Positions 7,757 through 17,914 of a DNA stretch of 64,000 bases are shown one piece after another (the first letter of the stretch is position 1; each line of letters begins with the position of its first letter). This DNA is from an uncultured Desulfobacteraceae bacterium. Its GTDB lineage: Bacteria > Desulfobacterota > Desulfobacteria > Desulfobacterales > UBA2174. The position numbers and the translations under genes are program-made. The notes under the pieces were generated by a model, which saw only the letters and a program-made list of their open reading frames with translations, had not been told where the DNA came from and ran no database searches. The DNA lies in assembly GCA_937982505.1 (NCBI GenBank), contig CALJLV010000084.1:4826-68825 (forward strand), written 5' to 3'.

Positions 7757-8583
7757 CGAACCTCGTCCTCCAGGATCCCGAACAGGCGCCGGGCGTTGTC
7801 TCCGGTTAGTTGAGCCGCGTCCGCCGCGGTCATTTCCCTTGCCAGGGCCACGGCCCGCAGCACCGCCAGGATGCAGGCCGGTTCGTTGTGGGGCCCCTCG
7901 CATCCGGTGGGCAGGATATCCGGGCTGTCGGTTTCCACCAGCAGGCGGCCGCTGCTCACCGCCCGGCAGGCCTCCAGGGGCCGGCGCGCGTTGGGACGGG
8001 TGATCCCACCGGCAAAGGATATCATCAGGCCGCGCCGCTCCAGGGCCGGCACCAGGTCGGGAGGGCCGCCGAAGGCATGCATGACCCCGCCGGCGATCAG
8101 CCCGCCCTCTTGTTCCAGGATGTCCAGCAGCGGGCGCCAGGCACGGCGGCAGTGGATGGAAGCCGGCCGGCCGAGGCGGTTGGCCAAACGGATCTGAAAC
8201 CGAAAAACCTCCAGCTGCAGGGGCCGGGTTTCGGCCGGCAGGTGATGATCCAGGCCGATCTCGCCGATCCCGCAGCGATGCCGCAGGGCCAGATCTTCGA
8301 GGCGCTCACGCCAGTCGGCGGTCCGCTGTGCCAGATACCAGGGGTGCAACCCCAGGGAAGGCACCACCATCTTCCAGCGCCAGGCCAGATCCAGAACCGT
8401 GGTCCAGTCGCCCGGATGGATCCCGCAGCACATGATGCGCCGCACCCCGGCGGCCCGGGCGCGATGCAACACCGGAGCCAGATCCGGCCCGAGGCGTTCG
8501 TCCTGCAGATGGCAGTGGACATCGTACAGGCCACTGAGGAACGTGCCGAGACCCACCACCTCGCTCGAAGACAAATGCGCCAT
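7753..8583 (-). CDS. TatD-family metal-dependent hydrolase/DNase
   Basis: 276-aa ORF with TatD motifs: DVHCHLQD, GEIGLDHH, SIHCRRAW, MHAFGG, VETDSP. Confidence 0.85.
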   Translation of the reverse strand: MAHLSSSEVVGLGTFLSGLYDVHCHLQDERLGPDLAPVLHRARAAGVRRIMCCGIHPGDWTTVLDLAWRWKMVVPSLGLHPWYLAQRTADWRERLEDLALRHRCGIGEIGLDHHLPAETRPLQLEVFRFQIRLANRLGRPASIHCRRAWRPLLDILEQEGGLIAGGVMHAFGGPPDLVPALERRGLMISFAGGITRPNARRPLEACRAVSSGRLLVETDSPDILPTGCEGPHNEPACILAVLRAVALAREMTAADAAQLTGDNARRLFGILEDEVR

Positions 8584-8604
8584 GGTTCCAGTCTCAGCGC
8601 AGAT

Positions 8605-9330
8605 TCATATCAGCGCGGTTCCGAGGAGAATCCCCAGATCGGCCAGTTCCCCCTCGATCCGTCGGCCCCAGCCCCGGTTGGCCAGCGGATTGGCCGGGCT
8701 GGGATGGGTGATCTGGCCCACCCGGATTCCCGTTCCAGCCAGGGCGGCACGGGCCCGATCGGCGGCGAAGCGGCCCACGCCGATGACATGGCGGGGTTCC
8801 AGAAGGGTCGCCAGGCGAACCAGGGCCCGGTTGCAAACCGATTCCAGAGGACGGCGCTGGGCAGCCGGGAGCTGGTCGGGGGTGCGGTTGCGCCCCGAGG
8901 CCTCCATAAAGATCAAGGGGCAGTAATTGGCCACGAAAAAGCGGCCCAGGAAGCGCTCAGGTGTGCCGAAGGTCTCTCGGGCCCACCCCCACAGCCGGCG
9001 GCCTGAAACCTCGCTGCGGCGGCAGGCCAGCCCTTCGATGGGGCGTCTGGGATGAACCCGGCCCGGCGGCCGCACCGGGACGCGCAGATCCAGCCAGCCG
9101 GTCACCGCGGCCACCTCGCCGAAAGGCACCCCGGTCTGTGCCATGCCCCAAGGGCCGGGATTCATCCCCAGCAGCACCACTTCCCGCAAGCCGGCCCCAT
9201 AGCGCTCGGCGTAGGCCAGATAGGCATCCCGGGCGTAGTGCAGCGGGTTGTAGACCTGAACCACCGGAGGACCGAAAGCCAGGCCTGCCAGATCATGGTT
9301 GAGCTGGTCGACGATGCGGCGGTGGGTCAC
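8605..9330 (-). CDS. family-3 (SMUG1-type) uracil-DNA glycosylase
   Basis: GMNPGPWGMAQTGVPFGE and HPSPANPLANRGW match the two SMUG1 signature motifs. The ORF extends to ATG 9378. I prefer GTG 9330, which forms a GTGA overlap with the ykgJ-like stop. Either start keeps the domain intact. Confidence 0.8.
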   Translation of the reverse strand: MTHRRIVDQLNHDLAGLAFGPPVVQVYNPLHYARDAYLAYAERYGAGLREVVLLGMNPGPWGMAQTGVPFGEVAAVTGWLDLRVPVRPPGRVHPRRPIEGLACRRSEVSGRRLWGWARETFGTPERFLGRFFVANYCPLIFMEASGRNRTPDQLPAAQRRPLESVCNRALVRLATLLEPRHVIGVGRFAADRARAALAGTGIRVGQITHPSPANPLANRGWGRRIEGELADLGILLGTALI

Positions 9331-9851
9331 GGGATCTCCATCTTCAGGGCTTGGGCGATGGTTATCCGTTCTGGGCACCGGGGGCGGTTGCGGGCCACGA
9401 AGAGACGGTTGACGGCTGCCAGCAGGAGGTTGAGCCGTTCCAAATCGACGGCGGCCCCGGCCGGGATCGGTGCAGCGGAAAAATCGTTGCGGCCACAGGC
9501 GCTGATTCGCAGCGCCGCCTTCTCGCGCACCAGCAGGGGCAGCCCCTGAGTGCGGCAGATGACCGGACGCGCCGCATACATGACGCAGCGCCCCCCGACG
9601 TCGAGGAGCGGACAGGCGCCATCGGAGTCCGCCACCGCGGCCCGGCGCCTCACGGCGCCGGCCTGTTCGGCCCCCAGTTCCTTGAATGCCGCGGCCAGCG
9701 CAACGGCCTCCACCGCAAAGACCGCGATGTGGCGGCAGCAGTCACAGCACCCGGGGCCGCAATGCAACCGCGCGCCGAGCAGATCACGGCTGCGCCGGCA
9801 CTGGGCATCAACCTTGGCGATCAGCTTGCGGTAAGTGTCTAAACCGTCCAC
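9327..9851 (-). CDS. YkgJ-family cysteine-cluster protein (putative Zn/Fe-chelating, UPF0153)
   Basis: CGPGCCDCC motif near the N-terminus and ACPLLDVGGRCVMYAARPVICRTQG downstream, typical of the CxxCxxCC family. GTG start at 9851 is preceded by a strong SD (AAGGAGAAAGAGG). Confidence 0.8.
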   Translation of the reverse strand: MDGLDTYRKLIAKVDAQCRRSRDLLGARLHCGPGCCDCCRHIAVFAVEAVALAAAFKELGAEQAGAVRRRAAVADSDGACPLLDVGGRCVMYAARPVICRTQGLPLLVREKAALRISACGRNDFSAAPIPAGAAVDLERLNLLLAAVNRLFVARNRPRCPERITIAQALKMEIP

Positions 9852-10062
9852 CCCGACCTCTTTCTCCTTCCCCGTTCTCGGCGTTCCGGCCGCCAGATCG
9901 TGTCAGACATTGCAGGCAGCGGGTCTTTGATCCCTCAGCGTGGCAGCCGCGCCCATGGTGATCTTCGGGCTGCGGATGGCGATGCTGGCGCAGTGCCAGC
10001 CCTGCAGCCAGGAGCACGAACACCGATGTTGCGGCCCCCAGGGCCAGCCAAAACATATCCAT
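9808..10062 (-). CDS. possible small single-TM protein (low confidence)
   Basis: ATG 10062 with GGGGGA 4 nt upstream. The N-terminus MDMFWLALGAATSVFVLLAAGLALRQ is a clean TM helix. The rest is Gly/Arg/His-rich and reads through the ykgJ SD and start, so the real product may be shorter or absent. Confidence 0.25.
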   Translation of the reverse strand: MDMFWLALGAATSVFVLLAAGLALRQHRHPQPEDHHGRGCHAEGSKTRCLQCLTRSGGRNAENGEGERGRGGRFRHLPQADRQG

Positions 10063-10193
10063 GGGTTTCCCCCGTGACGATCCCGCCGTGATACGGGTAC
10101 GGCTCTGGTACCCTTGGCGCATTGACGTCGGTTTCCAAGCAGTCTACCCTAACACCGATCCGGATGGAGTCAAACCGGCAAGCGAGCCATGTC

Positions 10194-11636
10194 ATGATCC
10201 AAAGGGAATCCTTCCCCCTCCTGTATCGGGATGCGCACCTGGCGGCCTTTCACAAACCGGCCGGACTCCTGATGCATCCGAGCCGCATCGAACGCCGTGC
10301 GCGCCACTTCGCCGTCAACTGGGCCCGAGAACATCTGGGAGCACCGGTCTTCCCGGTCCATCGACTGGATCGGGCCACCTCGGGGGTCCTGCTCTTCGCC
10401 CTGAACATCGAGGCGGCCCGCCGCCTGGCCGTCGCCTTCCAGTCCCGACAGGTGGTCAAGACCTACCTGGCCGTGGTGCGCGGCTGGATCCCGGCCGCCG
10501 GCCGCATCGACCACCCCCTCAAGGAGGCCCTGTGCAAGATCGCCGACGCCGATGTGGACCCCGACAAGGCGGCCCAGGCGGCGCTGACCGATTTCCAGCG
10601 CCTGGGCAGGGTGGAAATCCCTGAACCGGTGGACAAGTATCTCACCTCCCGCTACAGTCTGGTGGCGGTCTGGCCGCGCACCGGCCGCCGCCACCAGATC
10701 CGCCGCCACCTGCGGCGCCTGGGCCATCCCATCGTCGGCGACACCAGCTACGGCCAGGGGGTCCATAATCGTTTCTTCCGGCTGCGCTACGACTGCCCGC
10801 GGATGCTCCTGGCGGCCGCCGCCATTGCCCTGGATCACCCCGTGAGCGGCCGGCATCTGGTGATTCGAGCCCCCCTGGAAGCGGAATTTCAGCGCATCGT
10901 CGACGCCCTCGGATGGACCGGACTGACCGACGCCTGGTACCGCGACCCCTGGGGCATGAGGAGACCCGACATGCAGATCGGACCCCGTATCGAAGTGCTG
11001 AAAATCCCCCCCTTCGACGTCAACACCTACCTGATCATCTGCCCTGAGACCGCGCATGCGGCGGTAATCGACCCTGCCGGCCAACCCGAACAGATCCTGG
11101 CCTTAGCAGAACAGAACGGCGCCCGCATCACCATGATCCTCAACACCCATGGCCACGCGGACCACGTGCAGGCCAACGCGGCGATCAAACAGGCCACCGG
11201 GGCGCCGGTGGGCATGCACGCCGAGGACGACCGCTTCTTCAGCGATCCGCAGCGCCGTGCCCTCATCCAACGCGAACTGGGCCTGCCGGCGGCTCCCCCC
11301 GCCGACCGGCGCCTGGCCGACGGGGAGGTTCTGGAGCTGGGGTCGTTGCGCATCCGGGTGATCCACACGCCGGGCCACACGCCCGGATCGGTCTGTTTTC
11401 TGGTGGCAGGCCAACTGTTTACCGGAGACACCCTCTTCGTGGGGGACGTGGGCCGCACCGACCTGAGCGGCGGCTCCCTGGATCGCCTGCTGAAATCCCT
11501 GGCCGCCCGCATCATCACCCTGCCGCCCGATACCGTCGTCTGGCCGGGGCACGACTACGGGGAGACGCCCACTTCAACCCTCGGCCGTGAGCGCCATGAA
11601 AATCCCTACATCACCGATTTTCTGCTCGACGAATGA
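10194..11636 (+). CDS. fusion protein: RluA/TruC-type tRNA pseudouridine synthase (N-terminal) plus metallo-beta-lactamase-fold hydrolase (C-terminal)
   Basis: ORF 10122..11636; preferred ATG is 10194 (MIQRESFPLLYRDAHLAAFHKPAG). The TruC-like catalytic motif HRLDRATSGVLLFA and TGRRHQIRRHLRRLGHPIVGD are present. From residue ~260 there is a complete MBL domain (MQIGPRIEVLKIPPFDVNTYLI ... NTHGHADH ... HTPGHTPGS ... GDTLFVGDVGR ... WPGHDY). The two halves are in frame with no intervening stop. Confidence 0.8.
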   Translation: MIQRESFPLLYRDAHLAAFHKPAGLLMHPSRIERRARHFAVNWAREHLGAPVFPVHRLDRATSGVLLFALNIEAARRLAVAFQSRQVVKTYLAVVRGWIPAAGRIDHPLKEALCKIADADVDPDKAAQAALTDFQRLGRVEIPEPVDKYLTSRYSLVAVWPRTGRRHQIRRHLRRLGHPIVGDTSYGQGVHNRFFRLRYDCPRMLLAAAAIALDHPVSGRHLVIRAPLEAEFQRIVDALGWTGLTDAWYRDPWGMRRPDMQIGPRIEVLKIPPFDVNTYLIICPETAHAAVIDPAGQPEQILALAEQNGARITMILNTHGHADHVQANAAIKQATGAPVGMHAEDDRFFSDPQRRALIQRELGLPAAPPADRRLADGEVLELGSLRIRVIHTPGHTPGSVCFLVAGQLFTGDTLFVGDVGRTDLSGGSLDRLLKSLAARIITLPPDTVVWPGHDYGETPTSTLGRERHENPYITDFLLDE

Positions 11637-11715
11637 CCTGAAAATCCAGTATCATCTTTAATTTAGATTGCTTATGATTTCACCTACAAGCACCGCCGCC
11701 CCTTCCCGCCTCCGC

Positions 11716-11743
11716 TTGACATCGATTCGGGCGTGATTATTAT
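11716..11743 (+). promoter_or_regulatory. sigma70-type promoter upstream of groES
   Basis: TTGACA (11716-11721), 16-nt spacer, TATTAT (11738-11743). It lies ~115 nt upstream of the groES ATG and is preceded by an unusually AT-rich patch (11641-11690). Confidence 0.5.
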
Positions 11744-11858
11744 CTCGTCCAACTGTTGGAAACCTATGCCTTTTCATTTCATCGAAGACCGATGGCGAGA
11801 GCCGATTTGCATCGGCGACAGGTACTCAATCTCACACACGCTCGGAGGAAAGTGACCT

Positions 11859-13798
<1,940 letters not shown>

Positions 13799-13825
13799 TC
13801 CACGGCGCATGCAGTACCTTCAGCC

Positions 13826-13868
13826 AAAAGTCCCCCGCGCCGGCCGGCGCGGGGGACTTTTGGTATTT
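13826..13868 (+). terminator. rho-independent terminator of groESL
   Basis: Perfect hairpin AAAAGTCCCCCGCGCC-GGCC-GGCGCGGGGGACTTTT followed by a T-rich stretch (TTTTGGTATTTG), 28 nt after the groEL stop. Confidence 0.85.
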
Positions 13869-14011
13869 GCGCCCGTAAAGGCGGCGCGGCAGGTCTAAAG
13901 GGCCGACGCTCCGGCCCGGAAGGCCGCACGGCGTCCCATGGCCCCGGGAACCGGCCGGCAAAGCCCCAACCGATCACGGAGTCGAATCCGCAATCGGTTT
14001 AAGTCAGGTCT

Positions 14012-16609
14012 ATGAAATCCAACCTGTCCTGGGAAAGCTGCGAGCCTGGATTCGAATATCGCTCTCCGCTGCGCATCGTCCTGCCGCTGGCCCTGGCCCT
14101 GGGGCTGCTGGGGTTGATCTCCAACTATCTGCTGGTTTCGGATGTCCGGCAGCGTCTGGTGACGATGCGGCGGCACGGAATCCAGGACCTCACCCGGGTG
14201 GCGGTGGACATTGTGGACCGCTACGCAGCCCTGGCCGCCGCAGGCCGCATTCCGCTGGACCAGGCCCAGAAAGAGGCGGCGGCCCATCTGAAGCGCATGC
14301 GTTTCGGACCACGGGACCAGGGCTATTTCTGGATCAGCGACCGCACCTTGCGCGTCATCATGCATCCGCACCGGCCAGATCTGGAAGGCCAGGCCGCCGG
14401 CCAATTCACCGATCCGGCGGAACGGCGGCCCTTTGCGGCCTTCGCCGAAGCGGTGGGCGGCCCAGAGGGCGCCGGTTTTGTGGAGTATGCCTGGCAAGGC
14501 CAGGATGATGCCGGTCGCACAGCGCCCAAGATCGCCCACGTGCGCCTCTTTGCCGGGTGGGACTGGATCGTGGGCACCGGCATCTACCTGGAGGATGTCC
14601 GCGGGGAGATCACCGGCCTATCGACCCGTCTGGCATATGGCGGGCTCGGCGCCCTGGCGGCCCTGGGCATGCTGACGGCCTATCTCATCTGGCAGGGCGT
14701 GCGCACCGAGCGGCGGCGCCATGATGCCTGGACCACCCTATACCGGCGCGGTGAAGAACGGCGCGCCATCCTTGAGTCCACCCCACACCCGGTGGTGGTC
14801 TACGATCATCAGGGCGCCGCCCAGTATGTCAATCCGGCCTTTACCCGCACCTTTGGCTGGTCGCTGGCCGAAATTCTGGGCCAGCGCATCGATTTCGTGC
14901 CGCGGAGCGAGCACGAAAAGACCCTGGCCGGCATCCGCCAGGCCTACGAACAGGGAGCCGCCACGATCCAGACCCGCCGTCTGACACGGGAGGGACGCGT
15001 CCTGGATGTCCAGATCAGCGCAGCGGCCTACCACGATATGGCAGGCCGCCCCATCGGCATGGTGGTCAATCTGGTGGATACCACCGCCCAAAAACGCGCC
15101 GAGGCGGACTTGCGCGAAAGCGAGGCCAAGTACCGCCGTCTGGTGGAGAACGCCGGAGACGCGATTTTCATCACCCAGGACGGGATCATCAAGTTCGCCA
15201 ACCAACGGATGCTGGACACTTCGGGCTACGACGCCCGAAGCCTGGCCCGGATTCCGTTTGCCGACATGATCCACCCCCAGGACCGCGAAGTCATCCTTCA
15301 GCGCCATGGCCAGCGCCTCCGGGGCGAAGCCGTCAAGCCCCAGATCACTTTTCGCGGGTACAATCGACAGAGGGATTTGCTCTGGCTGGAGCTGAACGCC
15401 GTCAACATCGAATGGGAAGGGCGCCCGGCGGTGCTCAATTTCCTGCGCGACATCACGGAAAAGAAACGCCTGGAGGCGGAGATCGCCCAGGCCCACCGCC
15501 TCGAGAGCCTGGGGACCCTGGCCGGCGGCATCGCCCACGACTTCAACAATCTGCTGATGGGCATTTTAGGCAACGCCGCCTTGATGCGAACCGACCTTGA
15601 TCCTGGCCATGCCCATCACCAGCGCCTGGCGGACATCGAAACCCTGGTGCACAACGGCGCCGAACTGACCCGCCAGTTGCTCGGCTTTGCCCGGGGGGGC
15701 AAGTACAAGCTGCAACCCACCGACCTGAACGGGTTGGTTCGGGCCGGCGTGGCCCTGTTCCGCCGCACCCGCAGGGAAATCACCGTTCGCGAAAACTACC
15801 AGGCGGATCTGTGGCCGGTGGAGGTGGATCGCAGCCAGATCAACCAGGTGCTGCTCAATCTGATGGTCAATGCCTGGCAGTCGATGCCTCAGGGGGGGCA
15901 GCTGACCATCACCACCGCCAACCAGGAATGGCATCCGGAGCAGGCGGCGGCCCACGGGTTGTCCCCCGGACGCTTTGTCTGCACGACGGTGAGCGATACG
16001 GGCGTCGGTATGGACGAGGCCACCTGCCAGCGCATCTTCGAACCCTTTTTCACCACCCGCCAGATGGGCCACGGCACCGGCCTGGGTCTGGCCTCGGCCT
16101 ACGGGATCATCCGCAACCATGGCGGCCTCCTCACCGTCAGCAGTTGCAAGGGGGTGGGGTCCTCCTTCGCCTTCCACCTGCCGGCCACGGCCAACGCCGT
16201 CTCCGAAGACGCCGGCCCGGCCGCCGATAAACGCCGCGGCCATGAGACCATCCTGCTGGTGGACGACGAGCCGATGGTCCTCGAGGTCAGCCGGGAATTG
16301 CTCCAAAGACTCGGTTACACCGTGTTCACGGCGGATTCGGGGCAGGCCGCCTTGGACCTGCTGGCGCAACCGCAGGCATCCTTCGATCTGGTGATCCTGG
16401 ACATGATCATGCCCGGCCTGTCCGGGGCCGAACTCTTCGATGGCATCCGGCGCCTGAAACCAAACCAGCCGGTACTGCTGGCCAGCGGTTACAGCCAGGA
16501 AGGAGAAGCCAAGTCCATCCTGGAGCGCGGCTGTGACGGTTTCATCCAGAAGCCTTTCGATCTGGCCCTGCTGAGTCGGCGGATCCGCGAGATCCTCGAC
16601 CGGCGCTGA
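14012..16609 (+). CDS. hybrid sensor histidine kinase/response regulator (periplasmic Cache-like domain, PAS domains, HisKA, HATPase, C-terminal receiver)
   Basis: 865 aa. TM helix, then a periplasmic region with a single-Cache pattern (GYFWISDRTLRVIMHP ... WDWIVGTGIYLEDV), then a second TM. Two or three PAS-like repeats follow (ILESTPHPVVVYD...; RRLVENAGDAIFITQDG...). H-box GGIAHDFNNLL. N/G boxes (LLNLMVNAWQS, DTGVGMD, GTGLGLA). Receiver domain (ILLVDDEP ... DLVILDMIMPG ... SGY...KPF). Confidence 0.9.
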   Translation: MKSNLSWESCEPGFEYRSPLRIVLPLALALGLLGLISNYLLVSDVRQRLVTMRRHGIQDLTRVAVDIVDRYAALAAAGRIPLDQAQKEAAAHLKRMRFGPRDQGYFWISDRTLRVIMHPHRPDLEGQAAGQFTDPAERRPFAAFAEAVGGPEGAGFVEYAWQGQDDAGRTAPKIAHVRLFAGWDWIVGTGIYLEDVRGEITGLSTRLAYGGLGALAALGMLTAYLIWQGVRTERRRHDAWTTLYRRGEERRAILESTPHPVVVYDHQGAAQYVNPAFTRTFGWSLAEILGQRIDFVPRSEHEKTLAGIRQAYEQGAATIQTRRLTREGRVLDVQISAAAYHDMAGRPIGMVVNLVDTTAQKRAEADLRESEAKYRRLVENAGDAIFITQDGIIKFANQRMLDTSGYDARSLARIPFADMIHPQDREVILQRHGQRLRGEAVKPQITFRGYNRQRDLLWLELNAVNIEWEGRPAVLNFLRDITEKKRLEAEIAQAHRLESLGTLAGGIAHDFNNLLMGILGNAALMRTDLDPGHAHHQRLADIETLVHNGAELTRQLLGFARGGKYKLQPTDLNGLVRAGVALFRRTRREITVRENYQADLWPVEVDRSQINQVLLNLMVNAWQSMPQGGQLTITTANQEWHPEQAAAHGLSPGRFVCTTVSDTGVGMDEATCQRIFEPFFTTRQMGHGTGLGLASAYGIIRNHGGLLTVSSCKGVGSSFAFHLPATANAVSEDAGPAADKRRGHETILLVDDEPMVLEVSRELLQRLGYTVFTADSGQAALDLLAQPQASFDLVILDMIMPGLSGAELFDGIRRLKPNQPVLLASGYSQEGEAKSILERGCDGFIQKPFDLALLSRRIREILDRR

Positions 16610-16664
16610 CCTGCCCCGGTCGCTGCCGCCCCGGAAAGGGAGCGCCGGCAGCGGGCCGGCGCCC

Positions 16665-17654
16665 TCAGGGACAGGCCGTCAAGCGGCCTTTGGGCTGGAA
16701 GCGCAGCGCCAGGCCTTCCAGATTGGCGGGGAGCACCACGAGGGCCTGCGCCTGGCGCGAGGCTCGAGGCGCCAGATCCTGGTCCTCACGCCAATCGACG
16801 ATGCGCTCGAGAAGGTCGCCGATCATCATCCACCCTTCAAAGTGCATGCGGCAGGCGCTGGTGTTGGTCAATGAAAAGCTCAGTTCGATGGTCTCCGGAC
16901 TGCGGCGCACCAGATTCAGTGTCAGATGGCCGACCACCGAGCGCCCCTGGCCCGTGGTCAGGTCGGTGCCGACCCCATCGATGATGCGCCCTTCGGCTTG
17001 CAGGTGAATGGGGGTGGCATCCAGGGCCGCCGTCGTGCCGGCCACGACCGGGGGCGGACCCGGCACGGAATCGGCGGGCGGAAAATCGCGGTCGGGAGCC
17101 CGAAAGCCGGGCGCAGGAGGCGAAACCGGATCGCGGACATCGTTTGCCGTTACCGCCCATTGCTCCAGGCGGCCGGTAACCTCAAGGCTCGGCATGGGTG
17201 CCACCAGGACGTCGTTCTGCCAGCGGCCCGATTCGGTATGGCCGTCGGCGAAGCGGTACACGCCCAAACCGTTTTTGGCGTCCTCGGCCCACTGGCCTTC
17301 ATACCTCGCCCCGTCGGGCCAGCGATAGGTCCCCAGGCCATGGCGCCGGCCGCCCTGCCACTGGCCCTCGTAGACGGCGCCGCTGGGCCAGATGTAGATC
17401 CCCCGGCCGTGGCGCTGACCGTCGATAAACTGCCCCTCGTAGCGCCGACCGTCGGGCCAGGTATAGACCCCCCTGCCGGCAAAACGCGTGTCCTGGAACC
17501 CCCCCTCGTAACGGGTTCCATCCGGCCAGGCGTAAACCCCCGTACCCGTCACGCAGTCGCCCTGGAGACAGGCCGCTTCCAGTCCCGCAGGGGCACCTGG
17601 CACCCCGAGCCAACCGATGGCAAACCAGAGCATCAAACCACGCCATGTCTTCAT
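16665..17654 (-). CDS. secreted MORN-repeat protein with an uncharacterised C-terminal domain
   Basis: Signal peptide MKTWRGLMLWFAIGWLGVPGAPAG. About 6 tandem MORN repeats (YAWPDGTRYEGGF, YTWPDGRRYEGQF, YIWPSGAVYEGQW, YRWPDGARYEGQW, YRFADGHTESGRW). A Pro-rich linker is followed by a ~120-aa C-terminal region with no recognised motif. SD GGAAAGG upstream. Confidence 0.8.
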   Translation of the reverse strand: MKTWRGLMLWFAIGWLGVPGAPAGLEAACLQGDCVTGTGVYAWPDGTRYEGGFQDTRFAGRGVYTWPDGRRYEGQFIDGQRHGRGIYIWPSGAVYEGQWQGGRRHGLGTYRWPDGARYEGQWAEDAKNGLGVYRFADGHTESGRWQNDVLVAPMPSLEVTGRLEQWAVTANDVRDPVSPPAPGFRAPDRDFPPADSVPGPPPVVAGTTAALDATPIHLQAEGRIIDGVGTDLTTGQGRSVVGHLTLNLVRRSPETIELSFSLTNTSACRMHFEGWMMIGDLLERIVDWREDQDLAPRASRQAQALVVLPANLEGLALRFQPKGRLTACP

Positions 17655-17798
17655 GAAACCGCCTTTCCTGGCCTTGGGTCACATCCCTCGCGGAGCCGAT
17701 CATTTCTCCCGGATCGAAGCGCTTTCGGGTATCGAGGATTGCAGTAATAAAACGCCGATGCCCGAACTGTCAAATTCCGCCCTTTTGCACCCGGACCT

Positions 17799-17826
17799 TT
17801 GTCATTTGAAGAATCGCGCTTATAAT
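17799..17826 (+). promoter_or_regulatory. sigma70-type promoter upstream of htpX
   Basis: TTGTCA (17799-17804), 16-nt spacer, TATAAT (17821-17826), ~88 nt upstream of the htpX ATG. Confidence 0.45.
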
Positions 17827-17914
17827 GCGAACAGCCGCAAACGCCCTGGCGGGCAGTGCCCATCGACCCGCCGGGGCGTCTCAGACACCGTTTCCCAGCA
17901 AGGAGAAGACGCGC

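Noticed and set aside
11744-11858. CIRCE (HrcA operator) or sigma32 promoter in the groES leader
   Set aside because: No TTAGCACTC-N9-GAGTGCTAA-like inverted repeat and no CTTGAAA/CCCCAT pair with proper spacing could be found by eye. A TGG...GC pair at ~11757 has the wrong spacing for sigma54.
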